Translations under genes and position numbers: made by a program
Part shown: piece by piece, positions 23,967 through 36,647 of the stretch
Layout: the number at the start of each line of letters is the position of its first letter
Position numbering within the stretch: the first letter of the stretch is position 1
The notes under the pieces: model-generated
Database searches by the model: none
Seen by the model: only the letters and a program-made list of their open reading frames with translations
What the model was told of the DNA's origin: nothing
Assembly: GCF_018350175.1 (NCBI RefSeq)
Contig: NC_058373.1
Span: 104,100,001-104,164,000, forward strand
Direction: 5' to 3'
Source of the DNA: Felis catus
Taxonomy: Eukaryota
DNA length: 64,000 nucleotides

Positions 23967-25109
23967 AACCTCACAGTTGATTTTGACCAAAAGCTTTCAG
24001 TCCCATGCACACTCAGAATTGAAACATGAAGTGCAAGTACATCCGGAGAATTGTGACAATCCAAATGTATCTCAGGTTTATAGAAGATACTTATTGTAAA
24101 GGTGATGATGTCAATTTAATTTCAGGTTCCCCAGGAAAACAAGGCATCAAAGCCCTTTCTGCTTTTACTATTTACAAAATGGGCATCTCTGAAGGAAGGA
24201 GTGCTGTTCCTTGATGCGTCCCAACCTCGGTCTATTTTACGACTATGTTGAAAATTGTCAGCTTTCAAACATACTTATTATACAGAGAAAGAATTAATCT
24301 AGGTCTTGCTTAATTTAATAGAGCTTGGGAGCCCCGATGCCCATTCAGTTAATTAATAATGAAAAAAGAGTCCAAATATCAGCCATTTCTAAAAGCTCTT
24401 CAGCATGATGAACAGAGAAAGATAAGCATTTCATTAGTGCAATGACCACTTGCATCTAATTCTTTGATGTGCCCTAGATAAGCAACTCCAAATGCAATTA
24501 CAAGGGCATTCTTGGAAGATGGTTCCCAGCTGTCATAAATAGAAATGGCTCTCATGTTTTGTTTTTATTCTAATAACTTAATTCAAATAGATTCCTATTG
24601 AACTGACAGCATTTTCATATATGAAAATATTTAGCAACAATCATGCACCAGATAAATTTCTTATAGTACTTCACTGTCCGGAGGTTAAAGTACTTAGAAT
24701 TTCACGTACCAAAACTTGGTCTTGTGGAAACCCTTCTGTGATAACAGGAAATCTCCCCAACCTTGGAATAATGGAGAATATTTAAGCCCATTCTTCATTC
24801 CAGTCCATCTGATGCTTGGTTTTAGCTGGTTGCCTCCCACAACAAGAGTGTCCAGTTTTAGAATGCCTCCAATAGTGAGCAGCGTGACATGCCCTTCTAA
24901 AAATAACTTATTCCATTTTGGACAGTTGTAGCTTAAAAAAAATTTTGTGCATACATTAAATCCAAACCTTCTTCCCTGTAATTTCCATCAATTCATCTAT
25001 GCACTGTCTTCTGGAATCACACCGAATGAGCCTACTGAACTTCCCCTTTCCAAGGATAACCATCCATAATATAATTCCTCATAGTTTGTCTTCTCTTTTT
25101 TCTTAAGCT

Positions 25110-25310
25110 TTTTAAAAAATGTATTTATTTTGAGAGAGAGAGAGAGAGAGAGCAGGGGAAGGATAGAGAGAGAGGGAGAGAGAAAATCCCAAGCAGGCTC
25201 CATGCTGTCAGTGCAGAGCCCAATGTGGGGCTCAATGCCACGAACTATGAGATCGTGACCTGAGCCAAAATCAAAAGTCAGGCGCCTGACTGAGCCACCC
25301 AGGCGCCCCC
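25110..25310 (-). mobile_element. Can-SINE
   Basis: Reverse head at 25310, (GA)n tract. Confidence 0.93.
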
Positions 25311-25417
25311 TCAGTTTCTCTTTTCAAGATCCTTTATTCCCATAACTCTCTTTTGATTCAAAGACCAGCTTGCCCACCTCCTTATCTGGTTGACCTTGGT
25401 AGGAGAGCCAGTATCAT

Positions 25418-25629
25418 TTTTTTTTTCAACGTTTATTTATTTTTGGGACAGAGAGAGACAGAGCATGAACGGGGGAGGGACAGAGAGAGAGGGAGACACA
25501 GAATCGGAAACAGGCTCCAGGCTCTGAGCCATCAGCCCAGAGCCTGACACGGGGCTCGAACTCACGGACCGCGAGATCATGACCTGGCTGAAGTCGGACG
25601 CTTAACCGACTGCGCCACCCAGGCGCCCC
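25418..25629 (-). mobile_element. Young felid SINE (SINEC_Fc-like)
   Basis: Near-consensus; TSD CCAGTATCATTTT. Confidence 0.97.
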
Positions 25630-25899
25630 TCCAGTATCATTTTAAGTAACAGATTGCTTATCAATTTTTTTCAAGTGGGAAACAACAACTTACAGGATTG
25701 TCATAGGGACTAAGTAAAGTATCAAATGCAGTATATGCCTAATAAATGTTTCTTTTCCCCTTCCCAACATATAGTGAGGCACCTGTAACCAAATGAAATA
25801 AAATACACCATTTGGGGCACTGTCCTTCTATTAACGTAAAGTATCAACGTCTTAACTGAAGGTTGGTATTTTCTGCAGCTAAGTCACACAAGTGACTAA

Positions 25900-26276
25900 C
25901 GTTATGGACTGAGTGGTGTCCATATTCATATTGGACAAAATTCATATGTCAAAGTCTTCAAATCCAATGTGATTACATTTGTAGAGATAATCAAGGTTAA
26001 ATGAGGTCCCGGGGAGCCCCGATGTGATAGGATTGGTATCTTTATGAGAAAAGGAAAAGAGACTGGCTCTTTCTCTGTGCCTCAGAGGAAAGGCAATGTG
26101 AGGAGGCAGCGAGAAAGTGGTCATCTGGGAGCCAGGGAGGGAAGCCTTGCCAGAAACTGAACTTGCTGATACCTTGATCATGGACCTCGGGCCCCCAAAA
26201 CTGTGAGGAAAGAAGTGTCTGTCATTGAAGGACCCAGGTTGGTATTTTGTGATGGCGGCCTCCGCAGACTAATATG
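25900..26276 (+). mobile_element. MaLR solo LTR (MLT1A/B-like)
   Basis: GTTATGGACTGA start, AAGGTTAAATGAGGTC, ACCTTGATCATGGAC, CAGACTAATA end. Confidence 0.85.
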
Positions 26277-26579
26277 GGCCCTCTGTTGTCGGTCAAAATG
26301 TCTACATTTCCCCCTTCATATATAGCTGTTAAGCTGTGTCTACCTAACATACCTGAAGCATTATGAGAAAGAGAGGTGGAGAGGCTCGACATGACCTTTT
26401 AAGTGATTCACGAGTAACTCTTTCAGTCAAATGTAACAGAATCTTACCCAAATGTCTACGCCAGCTCATCAGGTTATAGTTGGTAGAAGGACACAATTAT
26501 GAAAATTTGGAATAGTATTGCCTCGTCTCCAACCTTCTGGAACCTCCTTATTTCTTCCTTTTTTTTCCCCCGCTCAGGA

Positions 26580-26940
26580 ATAATAATAACAGCAACCATT
26601 GCTAGGCATCATGCTAAGTGCTCTGGGTGGATTCACTGACTTAATCTTTTTGTGCCTCAGTTTTCTCACCTATGAAATGTGCGTGACAGAAATAATGCCT
26701 GCCTTATAAGGTTGTTGTAAAGATTAAGTGACTTAGCGAAAGGCACGTAACTACTAAGTGGCAGAGGCCAGATGCAAGCTGGTTATAGGACCTTGGGTAA
26801 GTTACTTGACCTCTTTGTGCCTCCGTCTTCTTATCAATAAAATGAGGATAACAACAGCACCTGCCACATAGGGCTAGTACGAGAATTAAATTATTTATTA
26901 CGTGCAAAATGCTAGGAGCTCGCATACTGTCCTGTAAATC
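26580..26940 (+). mobile_element. Clustered MIR fragments
   Basis: Two cores: GTGCCTCAGTTTTCTCACCTATGAAATG and GACCTTGGGTAAGTTACTTGACCTC. Confidence 0.8.
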
Positions 26941-26964
26941 ACCAGACTCAGGCCTGCTCTCAAG

Positions 26965-27460
26965 GCTAAGGCTGGAATTTTCAGCTCCCTGAGGGCAGGA
27001 TGCTGTTTCTGTCTCGTTCACTGGTCTATTCCCTGCTCTTAGTGTGTTAACTGACACACAGCAGTCATTCCATGGATACTTGTTGAATCAGTCAGAGGCA
27101 GGTAAACGTTGTGGACGAAAGGTTAAGGATAGGAGGACAGAAACCGGCAAAGGGTGTGTTTAGCTCCGCCTACGATGCCTTCAGTTTCCTCAGGTCTTAT
27201 TTTCTCCATACAGGCCAAAGGGTGTTTCTGAGAAATCCCTCCCTCTCTCTCGGGAGGAAGAGCCAGGGTCCCCGACGTGCACTCCCACGCGTTTCCAAAC
27301 CTTCTTTCAGGGTCCTGCCACATCGTAGTCGCCGATTTTTGTCTTTCCGGTCGAGCTGCTAGTGCCATGAGTACTGGGCCTTATCGTCCGGCTCGCCAAT
27401 GGGTCTCCAGTGCCCCGCACGTAGCAGTTGCTCAATAAATCGTTGTGAAAGAAAGAAATG
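26965..27460 (+). mobile_element. L2 3' end fragments
   Basis: AGCTCCCTGAGGGCAGG...CTTGTTGAAT and GCTCAATAAATCGTTGTGAA termini. Confidence 0.7.
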
Positions 27461-27627
27461 AGAGAAGGAGGAAGGAGGGGGCAGGGTCAGGAAGGGACCT
27501 AGAGAGAGAAGAAGGGAAGGAGGAAAACTAAAAGGGTTCTGGGAAGTTCTGTCGAGGAGGAAGGGTGTGCTGGTGGAAGAAGCAAGGAAAGGAATGACAT
27601 AAGAAGAGTAGTGGGGGTGGGGTGGGG

Positions 27628-27822
27628 GGGGCGCCTAGTGGCTCAGTCGGTTAAGTGTCCGACTCTTCATCTCGGCTCAGGTCATGATCTCACAGTTTAT
27701 GGGTTTGAGCCCTGCATCAGGCTCAGTGCTAACAGTGTGGAGCCTGCTTGGGATTCTCTCTCCCTCCCTCTCTCTCTCTTAAAATAAATAAATAAATAAA
27801 CTCAAAAAAAAAAAAAAAAAAG
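27628..27822 (+). mobile_element. Can-SINE
   Basis: Head, CT tract, long poly(A). Confidence 0.93.
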
Positions 27823-29125
27823 GAACAAAGTAGTTGGTACATAATCCATCTAGGCTGAGAGACTTGAATTTGTTGTAATCAGCTACCTGTTCCCTTGCAC
27901 TCACCTCATTGTCAAAGTCTGATCTCCTTTTCAGTCTGACAATGATCTTGTTCCTGGATTCTGGAGAGGGTGAAAATGCACGTGGAGCCCGATGACTAAT
28001 GATGCGACACAGGGGGTAAACTCTGCTATCCAGGAGGAAAGCCCTAGAGGAGCCCTGAGGGGAGGGAGGATGGTTGTGCACTGGGGAGGTCAAGAGAGTC
28101 TCCACGCAGGAGGATGGAAAAGCCAGCCCGAGAACTGGCAATGACAAAGGGCCAATGAAGATGAGGAAACAGGGACCTGAACTGTCAGCCTCAAAGAGGG
28201 TGCCAACCAAAGACAACTGGATGATTGTGAAAAATGAAATAACGGTGTGAGTAATAGCTAACATTGGGCATTGCTTTGAGCCAAAAATTGTGCTAAGTGC
28301 TTAACAACATATTAACTTCCATTAACGTATACTCTAAGTATATGGAGGTATACATATGTATGTATACCATTTTCCAGAAGGAGTCAAGTCACAGAGGGGT
28401 GAGCTAATATGCCTGCGATCACTCAGTGCGTAGATGGCAGCACCAGCCTATGAGGATATGGACCGGGACCCACTCTGGCAGACAAAAGAGTACATGTATT
28501 GTCCTGAAAGAGGGCAGCCTCTGAAGCCAGTTGTGTTACAGGGTACAAAACTAGAAAATTCAAGTCCTCTGAGATTATACTGGGAAGATGGGCAGACCAG
28601 GACGAGTTGCTTCCAGAAAATAAGGATAAAAGAATGGATGAAAGGGTTGAATGATTACTGAGTGTCCATCTGACATCTAGCCCCATGTTCCTTCCGCTAA
28701 ATTCTGACACAGAGACAGAACCACTTACTAGAAACCCCTTCCTTCCCACTTCGGAGGAATTACTCAATTGTATGCCCATTTGTCTAGAGAGAGAACGTAA
28801 AACAAAGAAACTAGTGCGCAGCTGAGAAGCCACCCAGAGGCACTATCCTGTCACCTTGCCCAGCAGAGCCAGCACTGCCTCAAATGTGTGTCATGAGAAG
28901 TTGTAAGGATCAGGCTAATTTTCCCTCGAATCCCTTTGGCTGGTCATAGCTCTGCTCTGCAGTGCAAGGTCCTGCTCTTCTTCAAAACAAAACTCATGAA
29001 TGGAGCCAGACAGAAGAACCTATGTGGATAACATCTTCCTTTGCATGAGATTCATCTTCAAAAAATTGTAAAGCTTGTGGAATGGTGGCATGGAGTTTGG
29101 GGCTGGTAAAGCCTGAGCACAGATC

Positions 29126-29536
29126 GGTAGTGGATCCTGCGACGTGCCAGCCCACATCCTCCTTCACAGCTGAAGAACCAAATACCCCCACCGCTGGGAG
29201 TGTTGTTGGCACACAGCCCCTCCCTGGTGTCAACCCTCTCAGGGAATATCCTGGGTGAAGAGAGCTTCTTCACATCAGCGACACATATCCAGAGACTGAT
29301 GTGTGCTTCAAAGGCCCTTCCCCATCAAGGGCCAACTCTGAAGGATCATCCTTTCTCCAGAGCTTCCCGGAGATCAAGTGAGATCTTGACGGAGACTATT
29401 TCCCAGCTCAACTTGTCCCTCTGAGTCATCCTCTGCCTTCCCCACTATGGTGTTGGTTCCAGAGCACTCTTAATGAATATCCTACATGTTAGTCTCCATT
29501 TCAGATACAGCTTCCTGGGGAATCCCACTTGTGACA
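29126..29536 (+). mobile_element. LTR16C-like ERV-L solo LTR
   Basis: GTAGTGGAT...GCTGGGAGTGTTG...CAACTCTGAAGG...AGAGCACTC...GTGACA; 5-bp TSD AGATC/GGATC. Confidence 0.85.
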
Positions 29537-29633
29537 GGATCTGATCAGATCATCTTTCGAGAAGGGGCACTCTAGTTGCCCCTCCACCCATCCACACCCA
29601 CTAAAAAGTAGTGCATTTCTTCGTTCAAAGTTG

Positions 29634-29816
29634 ATTTTTATTTTATTTATTTTGAAGGGAGAGGCCAGAGAGAGAGGGAGAGAGAGAGAATCCCAAGCAG
29701 GCTCTGTACTGTCAGTGCAGAACGCAATGCAGGGCTCGATCTCACAAACTGTGAGATCATGACCTGAGCCAGAATCAAGAGTTGTACACTTAACTGACTG
29801 AGCCACCCAGGCGCCC
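29634..29816 (-). mobile_element. Can-SINE
   Basis: TSD AAAAAGTAGT(G/C)CATTTCT. Confidence 0.95.
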
Positions 29817-30247
29817 AAAAAGTAGTCCATTTCTAAAGCGTGTTTTGGAAGGAATATTTGAGGGCTGGGGAGAAACCTTATCAGCTTACCTCATTAGAAC
29901 TATGTCTTGCTTTGCTTTTCCCCACATATCTCTTGTTCTCACACCGTTTCATTCAATTGCACTGTGAGTTGCTTAAGGGTAGGGCCCTCTCTCATACATC
30001 TTGTACCAGCAGTGCCTAGCAGAGATCGTAAATGCTCAATACCAGACTTAATACCTGTCTTCTCCTCTCACTGCCATGAATCCCAGATGCATTCATGTCT
30101 TATTCCTGCCATTTCTAACAATCTCTTATAAATGACAAGCTAAGGTAGTTTGGGGAGAATCATATGCTAATCATTTGTGTAAGCCTTTAATCGCTAGACC
30201 CAGACTTTCTTTACCACTGGCTCAGAAATCTTGGGAGAGCGATTAGG

Positions 30248-30686
30248 TGTAGTGCTGACTGGTGGCCCTAAACAGATATGCCATCATTAAAATCCCCAGA
30301 ATCTGTGAGTGTTGCCTTATTTGGAAAAGAGATGTCTGCAGATGGAATAAAGGTAAGTATCTTGAGATGAGACCATCCTGGATTACCAGGGTGAGCCCTA
30401 AATCCAATGACAAGTGTCCTCATAAGAGACAGAAGAGAAGGAGGCCATGTGATGGGCAGGGATGGAGGGGGAGGCAGAGATTGGAGTGATTCAGCTGTAA
30501 GCCAAGGAGTGCCTGGAGCCAGAAGAAGCTGGAAAATGCAAGAAATGCGACCTCGGAGCCTTTCAAGGAGCTCCTGCCCTTGATTTCAGATGTCTGGCCT
30601 CCAGAGCGAGGAGAGAATACATTTCTGTGGCTATAAGCCACCAGGTTTGTGGTAATTTGTTACAGCGGCTCTAGGAAACTAATACA
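30248..30686 (+). mobile_element. MaLR solo LTR (MLT1C/D-like), complete
   Basis: TG...CA termini, GGAAACTAATACA end, perfect 5-bp TSD TTAGG (30243-30247 and 30687-30691). Confidence 0.93.
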
Positions 30687-31054
30687 TTAGGTCTGGAAAA
30701 TTCCACATGGTGTTAGGACTTGGATTCCTACGCCAGCAACTCCCAGACACCACTCTGTTGTCTCCCCCTTTGCAGATGACCTCAGCCTGAGTTCGCAGGG
30801 CATTGAGAACGCTCAGTAAATCTTCAGTGGTGGCTCCAGTGCCTGGGGCACAGCATGGGCCAAGGCAGGGCCTGAAGACAGGCCAGAGCACTTAGACACT
30901 CCAGAAGAGAGAAGGACAGCCTCACTCAGGTGACTTTCATAACATGGAATAAAGATTTCTTTGAATTAATAGTCCAATTGCTCAAAAAGAAAACAAAAAC
31001 CCTCAAGAAAAGGCAGTACTATTAGATGGTGGATCATAAACCTTGTTGGAATCG

Positions 31055-31322
31055 GAAGGAAAACTAAGAAACACCACAAAGGAGCAAAGGGGTAAAAAGA
31101 AGAGAGGCGAACCAGGTAACTCTAGAGAACAAAGTGAGGGTTGCCGGAGGGGCGGTGGGGGAGGGGGTGGGGCTACATGGTTGATGGGGATGAAGGACCG
31201 TACTTGTTGAGACGAGCACCTCGTGATGTATGGAAGTGTTGAATCACTATATCGTACACCTGAAACTAATATTACGCTGCATGTTACCTAGCTGGAATTT
31301 AAACAAGCACTTAAAAAAAAAA
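31055..31322 (+). mobile_element. Carnivore L1 3' UTR fragment
   Basis: GAGAACAAAGTGAGGGTTGC, G-tract, CACCTGAAACTAATAT, poly(A). Confidence 0.9.
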
Positions 31323-32479
31323 GGGAATTTTTAGCAGTCACAGACCGATCTTGATTTTAGAGGAGAAAACTGAGGCGGCAGCATGTTGGTGGCCGATGAC
31401 CAGGCATCCAGCGGGAAGAACATGACGCAGGGCTCAGGAGCGCAAATTCTCACCCGGCGTTCTTCTTGACCTCCCTCTACTAATGCAGATGCTTGGAACA
31501 GCTCTCTTTTGGGTCGCCTTCGCAGTTCTAAATTACCAGAGAGGATTGCATATCCATGAATTTCAAACGAGCTATGTAAAAGTAAAGTGCTCATCTTCAT
31601 TTTTGCAACTGGCTGGGCTGTGGACAGATATCTAGAATTCCAGACCAGGTTGCATCCCGGCGACATCCGGCTAGATGGAAAGAGAAGCAAAGGGACAAAA
31701 GGGAAGGGCTTCGGAGCGGACCTCCCAGCTTCCCCGGGGAAACCGGCTTTGAGGCGGTGAGGCAGCATGTCTACACCCTACACATACATATTCAGGCGCT
31801 TTGTCAAAAGAGCCCAGTGCTGGAGCATTTCAATTAACAAAGTGGGATGGTTTACCTGATAAAATGCTCCCTGTGTGAGTGTAATTACATATTTATACCC
31901 CACAGAGATTTTTTTAATTTCTGTTTGGTTTGTTTCCCTTGCAAGTGTTTGTCCCTGGAAGTGTTCTTGATGTGCTGTGCTAAAGCGGCGTTGGCCAACT
32001 GTGTGGCTGGTTTTCATTTTAGATTCATTACAGTTTGAAGATGATGCCTTCCCCCTGTCAACACACAATATTGATACTTGCACAAGAAGACAATGCATCA
32101 AGGGACGGGAAAAGCATTAAAGGGATGCTGTCAAGTACCTGTCTTCGGGCTCTCCCCTAGTACTTTTCTCTTTTTAACCCACCCGAGGCTGCTGATGGAA
32201 TCTAAACGGCTGAAAACATGTTTTCTTCCTTTGCAAGTTTGTGCGTTTCTGTAGTCTGTTCATAAAGCTTTTCCTTCACCCGCCCCCCCCCCCACCCTCC
32301 CCATCAATGTAGCAAATTAGGCTGAAAGAATGGAGCTCCTTTCCGGGGTTCTCCACCCCTCCCTTTCCTGAGGAATACACAGACACACAGATATAGATTG
32401 CTGATTAACTGGGGTTGCTTTCATTCCATCGCGAAGCAGCAGAGTCCCCGCTGTGTCCCCGGTGCCACTGACAGGCTTC

Positions 32480-33105
32480 GGGTGTACAGCGATAAGTCTT
32501 AGTCCCTGATCTCATGCCAGCAGAGAAGCCAGGTGTGGAGAGGAGCAATTACAGCCTCGTATAGCAAGTGCCGTAACCAAGGTATGCACGCAGCACAGGG
32601 GCGGCACCGGGGACGCGGAAATTAATTCTGCCCAAGGCAGGCTTCCTGGAGGAGGAGGTGGCTCCTAAAGAGATCCCCCCACAGACATGAGAGCTTACTA
32701 GTTGTTCAGACCCGTGACAAAGCCCTGAATAAGACCCACGTGGTCCCTGAACACCTTCTTCTGGGAGGGAGCAGACATTGAGGAGGAGAACAAACAAAGA
32801 AGATAATTGCAGATGGTGATGTGTGCCGGGAAGGGAGTAATGTGAAAACTCCTTGATACGGGCTGGTAAGGGAAGGCCACTTCGAGGTAACATTTGAGTT
32901 AAGACCTACAGGAGGAAGGGTGGCAAGGAGCTATTCACAAGCAAAGCTAAGGGAAGGGCAAGTGTCAGGCCCGGGAAGGGGTGGGAGCAGGCAAGTAGCA
33001 TAGAGGAGGCAGGTCTTGCCGAAGTGGACAAGGGGAGCACTTAGCTGGAGCCAGGTCCCAGAGGGCCATCAAGGCCATGGTGGATGGTAGGATCTTATTT
33101 CTTGA
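32480..33105 (-). mobile_element. L2 fragment(s), resuming at about 34430-34560 after an L1 insertion
   Basis: GGCTTCCTGGAGGAGG, GAGGTAACATTTGAG, AAGGCCATGG...GATCTTATT motifs. Confidence 0.65.
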
Positions 33106-33106
33106 A

Positions 33107-33459
33107 ACAGAAATCAAAACCATAATGAGAAATCACGTCACACCCATTAGAATGGCTGTCACCAAAAAGACAACGGATAACGAGTGTTGGTGAGGATGTG
33201 GAGAAAAGGGAACCCTTGTGCACTGTTGTTGGGAATATAAACTGATGCAGCCACTGTGGAAAACAGTACGGAGGTTTCCCAAAAATTTAAAAATAAAACT
33301 ACCTTATGATCCAGCAATCCCACTTCTGGGTATATATCCAAAGAAAATGAAAACAAGATCTCAAAGAGATACCTGCACTCCATGTTCACTGCAGCATTAT
33401 TGACAATAGCCAAGATATGGAAACGACTTAAATGTCCATCAACAAATGAACAGAAGTTT

Positions 33460-33493
<34 letters not shown>

Positions 33494-34210
33494 GCTATGA
33501 GAAAGAAGGACTTTCTGCTATTTGCAACAACATGGATGGAACCCCAGAACATTATGCCAAATGAAATCAGTCAGACAGAAAAGACAAATCCTGTATGATC
33601 TCATGTACATGTGGAATCTAAAAAAGATGAACCCATAAAAACAGAGTACAGAGCTAGTTACCAGGGGGCCAGGGAGTGGGAGAAATGGGGAGATGTTGGT
33701 CAAAAAGTAAAAACTTACTCATAAAATGAATAAGTTCTGGAAAACTAATGTACAGCATAGTGATTAGAATTAATAATACTGTATTAGATACTTGAAACTT
33801 GCTAACAGGATAGATCTTAAATGTTCTTACCACTGGGGCGCCTGGGTGGCTCAGTCGGTTAAGCGGCCGACTTCGGCTCAGGTCATGATCTCACGGTCCG
33901 TGAGTTCGAGCCCGGAGTCAGGCTCTGGGCTGACAGCTCAGAGCCTGGAGCCTGTTTCAGATTCTGTGTCTCCCTCTCTCTGACCCTCCCCTGTTCATGC
34001 TCTGTCTCTCCCTGTCTCAAAATAAACAAAACGTTAAAAAAAAATGTTCTTACCACTAAATAGAAATGGTAATTATGTCACGTGATAGAAATATTTGTTG
34101 ACACTATAGTGTAAACATTTTGCACGCCATAATGTATCAAATCCATATGCTGTGCGCTTTAGACTTGTACAATGTTATATGTCAGTTATATGTCAATAAA
34201 GCTGGAAAAA
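33107..34210 (+). mobile_element. L1MA-like ORF2 end plus 3' UTR
   Basis: [17 protein letters not shown]...[14 protein letters not shown]; ends TCAATAAAGCTGGAAAAA. Confidence 0.95.
33835..34042 (+). mobile_element. Can-SINE inserted in L1
   Basis: Perfect TSD AAATGTTCTTACCACT. Confidence 0.97.
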
Positions 34211-34211
34211 T

Positions 34212-34402
34212 TTTTTTAATGTTTATTTATTTATTTTGAGAGGGAGATAGAGCATGAGCAGGGGAGGGGCAGAGAGTCAGGGACAGAGAGAATCCCAAGC
34301 AGGCTCCATGCTTAGCATGGTTCAATTTCACGACCCTGAGATCGCTACCTGAGCCGCTATCGAGAGTCAGATGCTTAACTGACGGAGCCACCCAGGCATT
34401 CC
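34212..34402 (-). mobile_element. Can-SINE inserted at the L1 tail
   Basis: TSD AAAGCTGG..ATTTTTT. Confidence 0.92.
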
Positions 34403-35542
34403 AAAGCTGGGACATTTTTTAAATCAAAAAGATTTTATTCCCAGAAAAATAAAAACTCATCGACGAATCTTAAGCCGAAGAATGACATGATTTAGGTTGT
34501 TAAAAGATTAGTTTGGCTGCTGTACAGACAACGGGTGAGGGAGAACCATAACAAAATCGAGAAGGTAATTTGGATAATTCACTGGTTAATGTCTATCTTC
34601 TGTAATAGATTGTAAGCTACGTGAGGGCAAGAGCGATGTAACAACATAAATTGCAATGAACTGCCAGACACATGGTAGCAACTCAAGGACGAATGAATGA
34701 ATGAATGAATGAATGGCATTCTGAGCCCAAACCAGCCTACGCAAAGGCAAGGGAACTTATTGACTTTACAGCTTGTCACAGACCAGAATTCCTTCCACTC
34801 TGAGAGCTGGAATTTGTGCAATGAATCCATCCAGTGGCAATCCCATACATGCCCACAAGAAATCAAACCTGCCCCGTGTCTCCCTCATGCAGCTCAGCCC
34901 ATTCACTCACATTCACCGGCACACTCCTGGGAGGAGGCCACGTGCAAGAAAGAAGCATCAATCTGTTAAGTTGTGCTGGCCCAGGACAGACAGTACATAG
35001 AGCCACTGAAAGCCCAGCACTAGATGCAGTGTGGATCACTTGAGTCAAAGACACATGCTACCCGTAGCTTTGCTGGTAGTTACTGCAGAATTAATGTTGG
35101 TAGTAGACTCCTTTTCTTCCACACGGTGAGAATTTCTGGGCAGCAGGAAAGAACGAGACCAACCAACCAACAAACAGAAGAAATGCACAAGTTAAGAGAC
35201 AGAGACGGAACAAGGCCTCATCGTTGAGGTCCTGGATCCAGCAATGCCTGCCTTCCAGGCGACCTGAAGCACATTTGCATTTTTGTCTAATCTAATTGAA
35301 GTTGGAATTCTTTTTATTGCCACCAGCTGTTCTCCCTGGCTTCGTCAGATTCTCCTGCTCTGGGAATCTAGAACAGAAGCCGTCTGCTGGTAGGCAGAGA
35401 GCATCAGTGGGAAACTTGGAAGTCAGGTGGTCAATTCTAGCTGACAGTGAGGGAGACACAATCCACACAAAATTATGTCAGTTCAGTTTTTGTATTAGGC
35501 CTCTGAATTTCTGATATTCTGTATTCACAGGATAGCCTCTTT

Positions 35543-36647
35543 CTGTCTTATTTTATTTTATTTTATTTTATTTTATTTTATTTTATTTTATTTTTTATGT
35601 ACACATATCCTTTAATATATTTCCGTCACTGGTCACGTTTCATTTGGACTTGCTAATTTTTTAAATTTAAATTCAAGTTAGTTAACATACAGTGTAGTCT
35701 TGGTTTCTGGAGTAGGACCCAGTGATTGATCTTTTACATGTGACATCCAGTGCTCGTCCCCAAAAGTGCCCTCCTTAATGCCCATCACCCATTTAGCCCA
35801 CCCTCCTATCCAGCCCCCATCCAGCAAACCACTGTTTGTTCTCTGTATTTAAGAGTCTCTTATGGTTTGTCTCTTTCTCTGTTTTTACCTTAGTTTCCTT
35901 TCCCTTCCCCTATATTCACCTGCTGAGTTTCTCAAATTCCACATATAAGTGAAATCCTGTATCTGTCTTTCTCTCACTGATTTATTTCGCTTAGCATAAT
36001 ACATTCTAGTTCTATGCACATTGTTGCAAATGGCAAGATTTCATTTTTTTTATCGCCAAGTAGTATTCCATTTTGTGTGTGTATGTGTGTGTGTGTGTGT
36101 GTATACACCACACCTTCTTTATCCATTCATCAGATGATGGACATTTGGGCTCTTTCCGTACTTTGGCTATTGTCCATAGTGCTGCTATAAACATTGGGGT
36201 GCATGTGCCCCTTCGAAACAGCACACCTATATCCCTTGGATAAATACCTAGTAGTGCAATTGCTGGGTCATAGGGTAGTTCTAGTTTTAATTTTTAAAGG
36301 GACCTCCATACTGTTTTCTAGAGAGGCTTCACCAGTTCGCATTCCCATCAACAGTGCAAAAGTGTTCCCCTTTCTCTGCATCCCCACCGATTATCTATTG
36401 TTTCCTGGGTTGTTCATTTTAGCCATTCTGACAGGTGTGAGGTGGTATCTCATTGTGGTTTTTTAATTTGTATTTCCCCGATGATGAGTGATGTTGAGCA
36501 TCTTTTCATGTGTCTATTAGCCATCTGGATGTCTTCTTTGGAAAAGTGTCTAATCATGTCTTCTGCCCATTTCTTCGCTGAACTATTTGTTTTTTGGGTG
36601 TTGAGTTTGGTAAGTTCTTTATGAATTTTGGATACGAACCCTTTACG
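35543..36647 (-). mobile_element. 5'-truncated carnivore L1 with 3' transduced segment and (AAAAT)n tail
   Basis: L1 body 35656-36647 (ORF2 C-terminal motifs); 15-bp TSD CAGGATAGCCTCTTT at 35528-35542 and 36648-36662. Confidence 0.93.
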
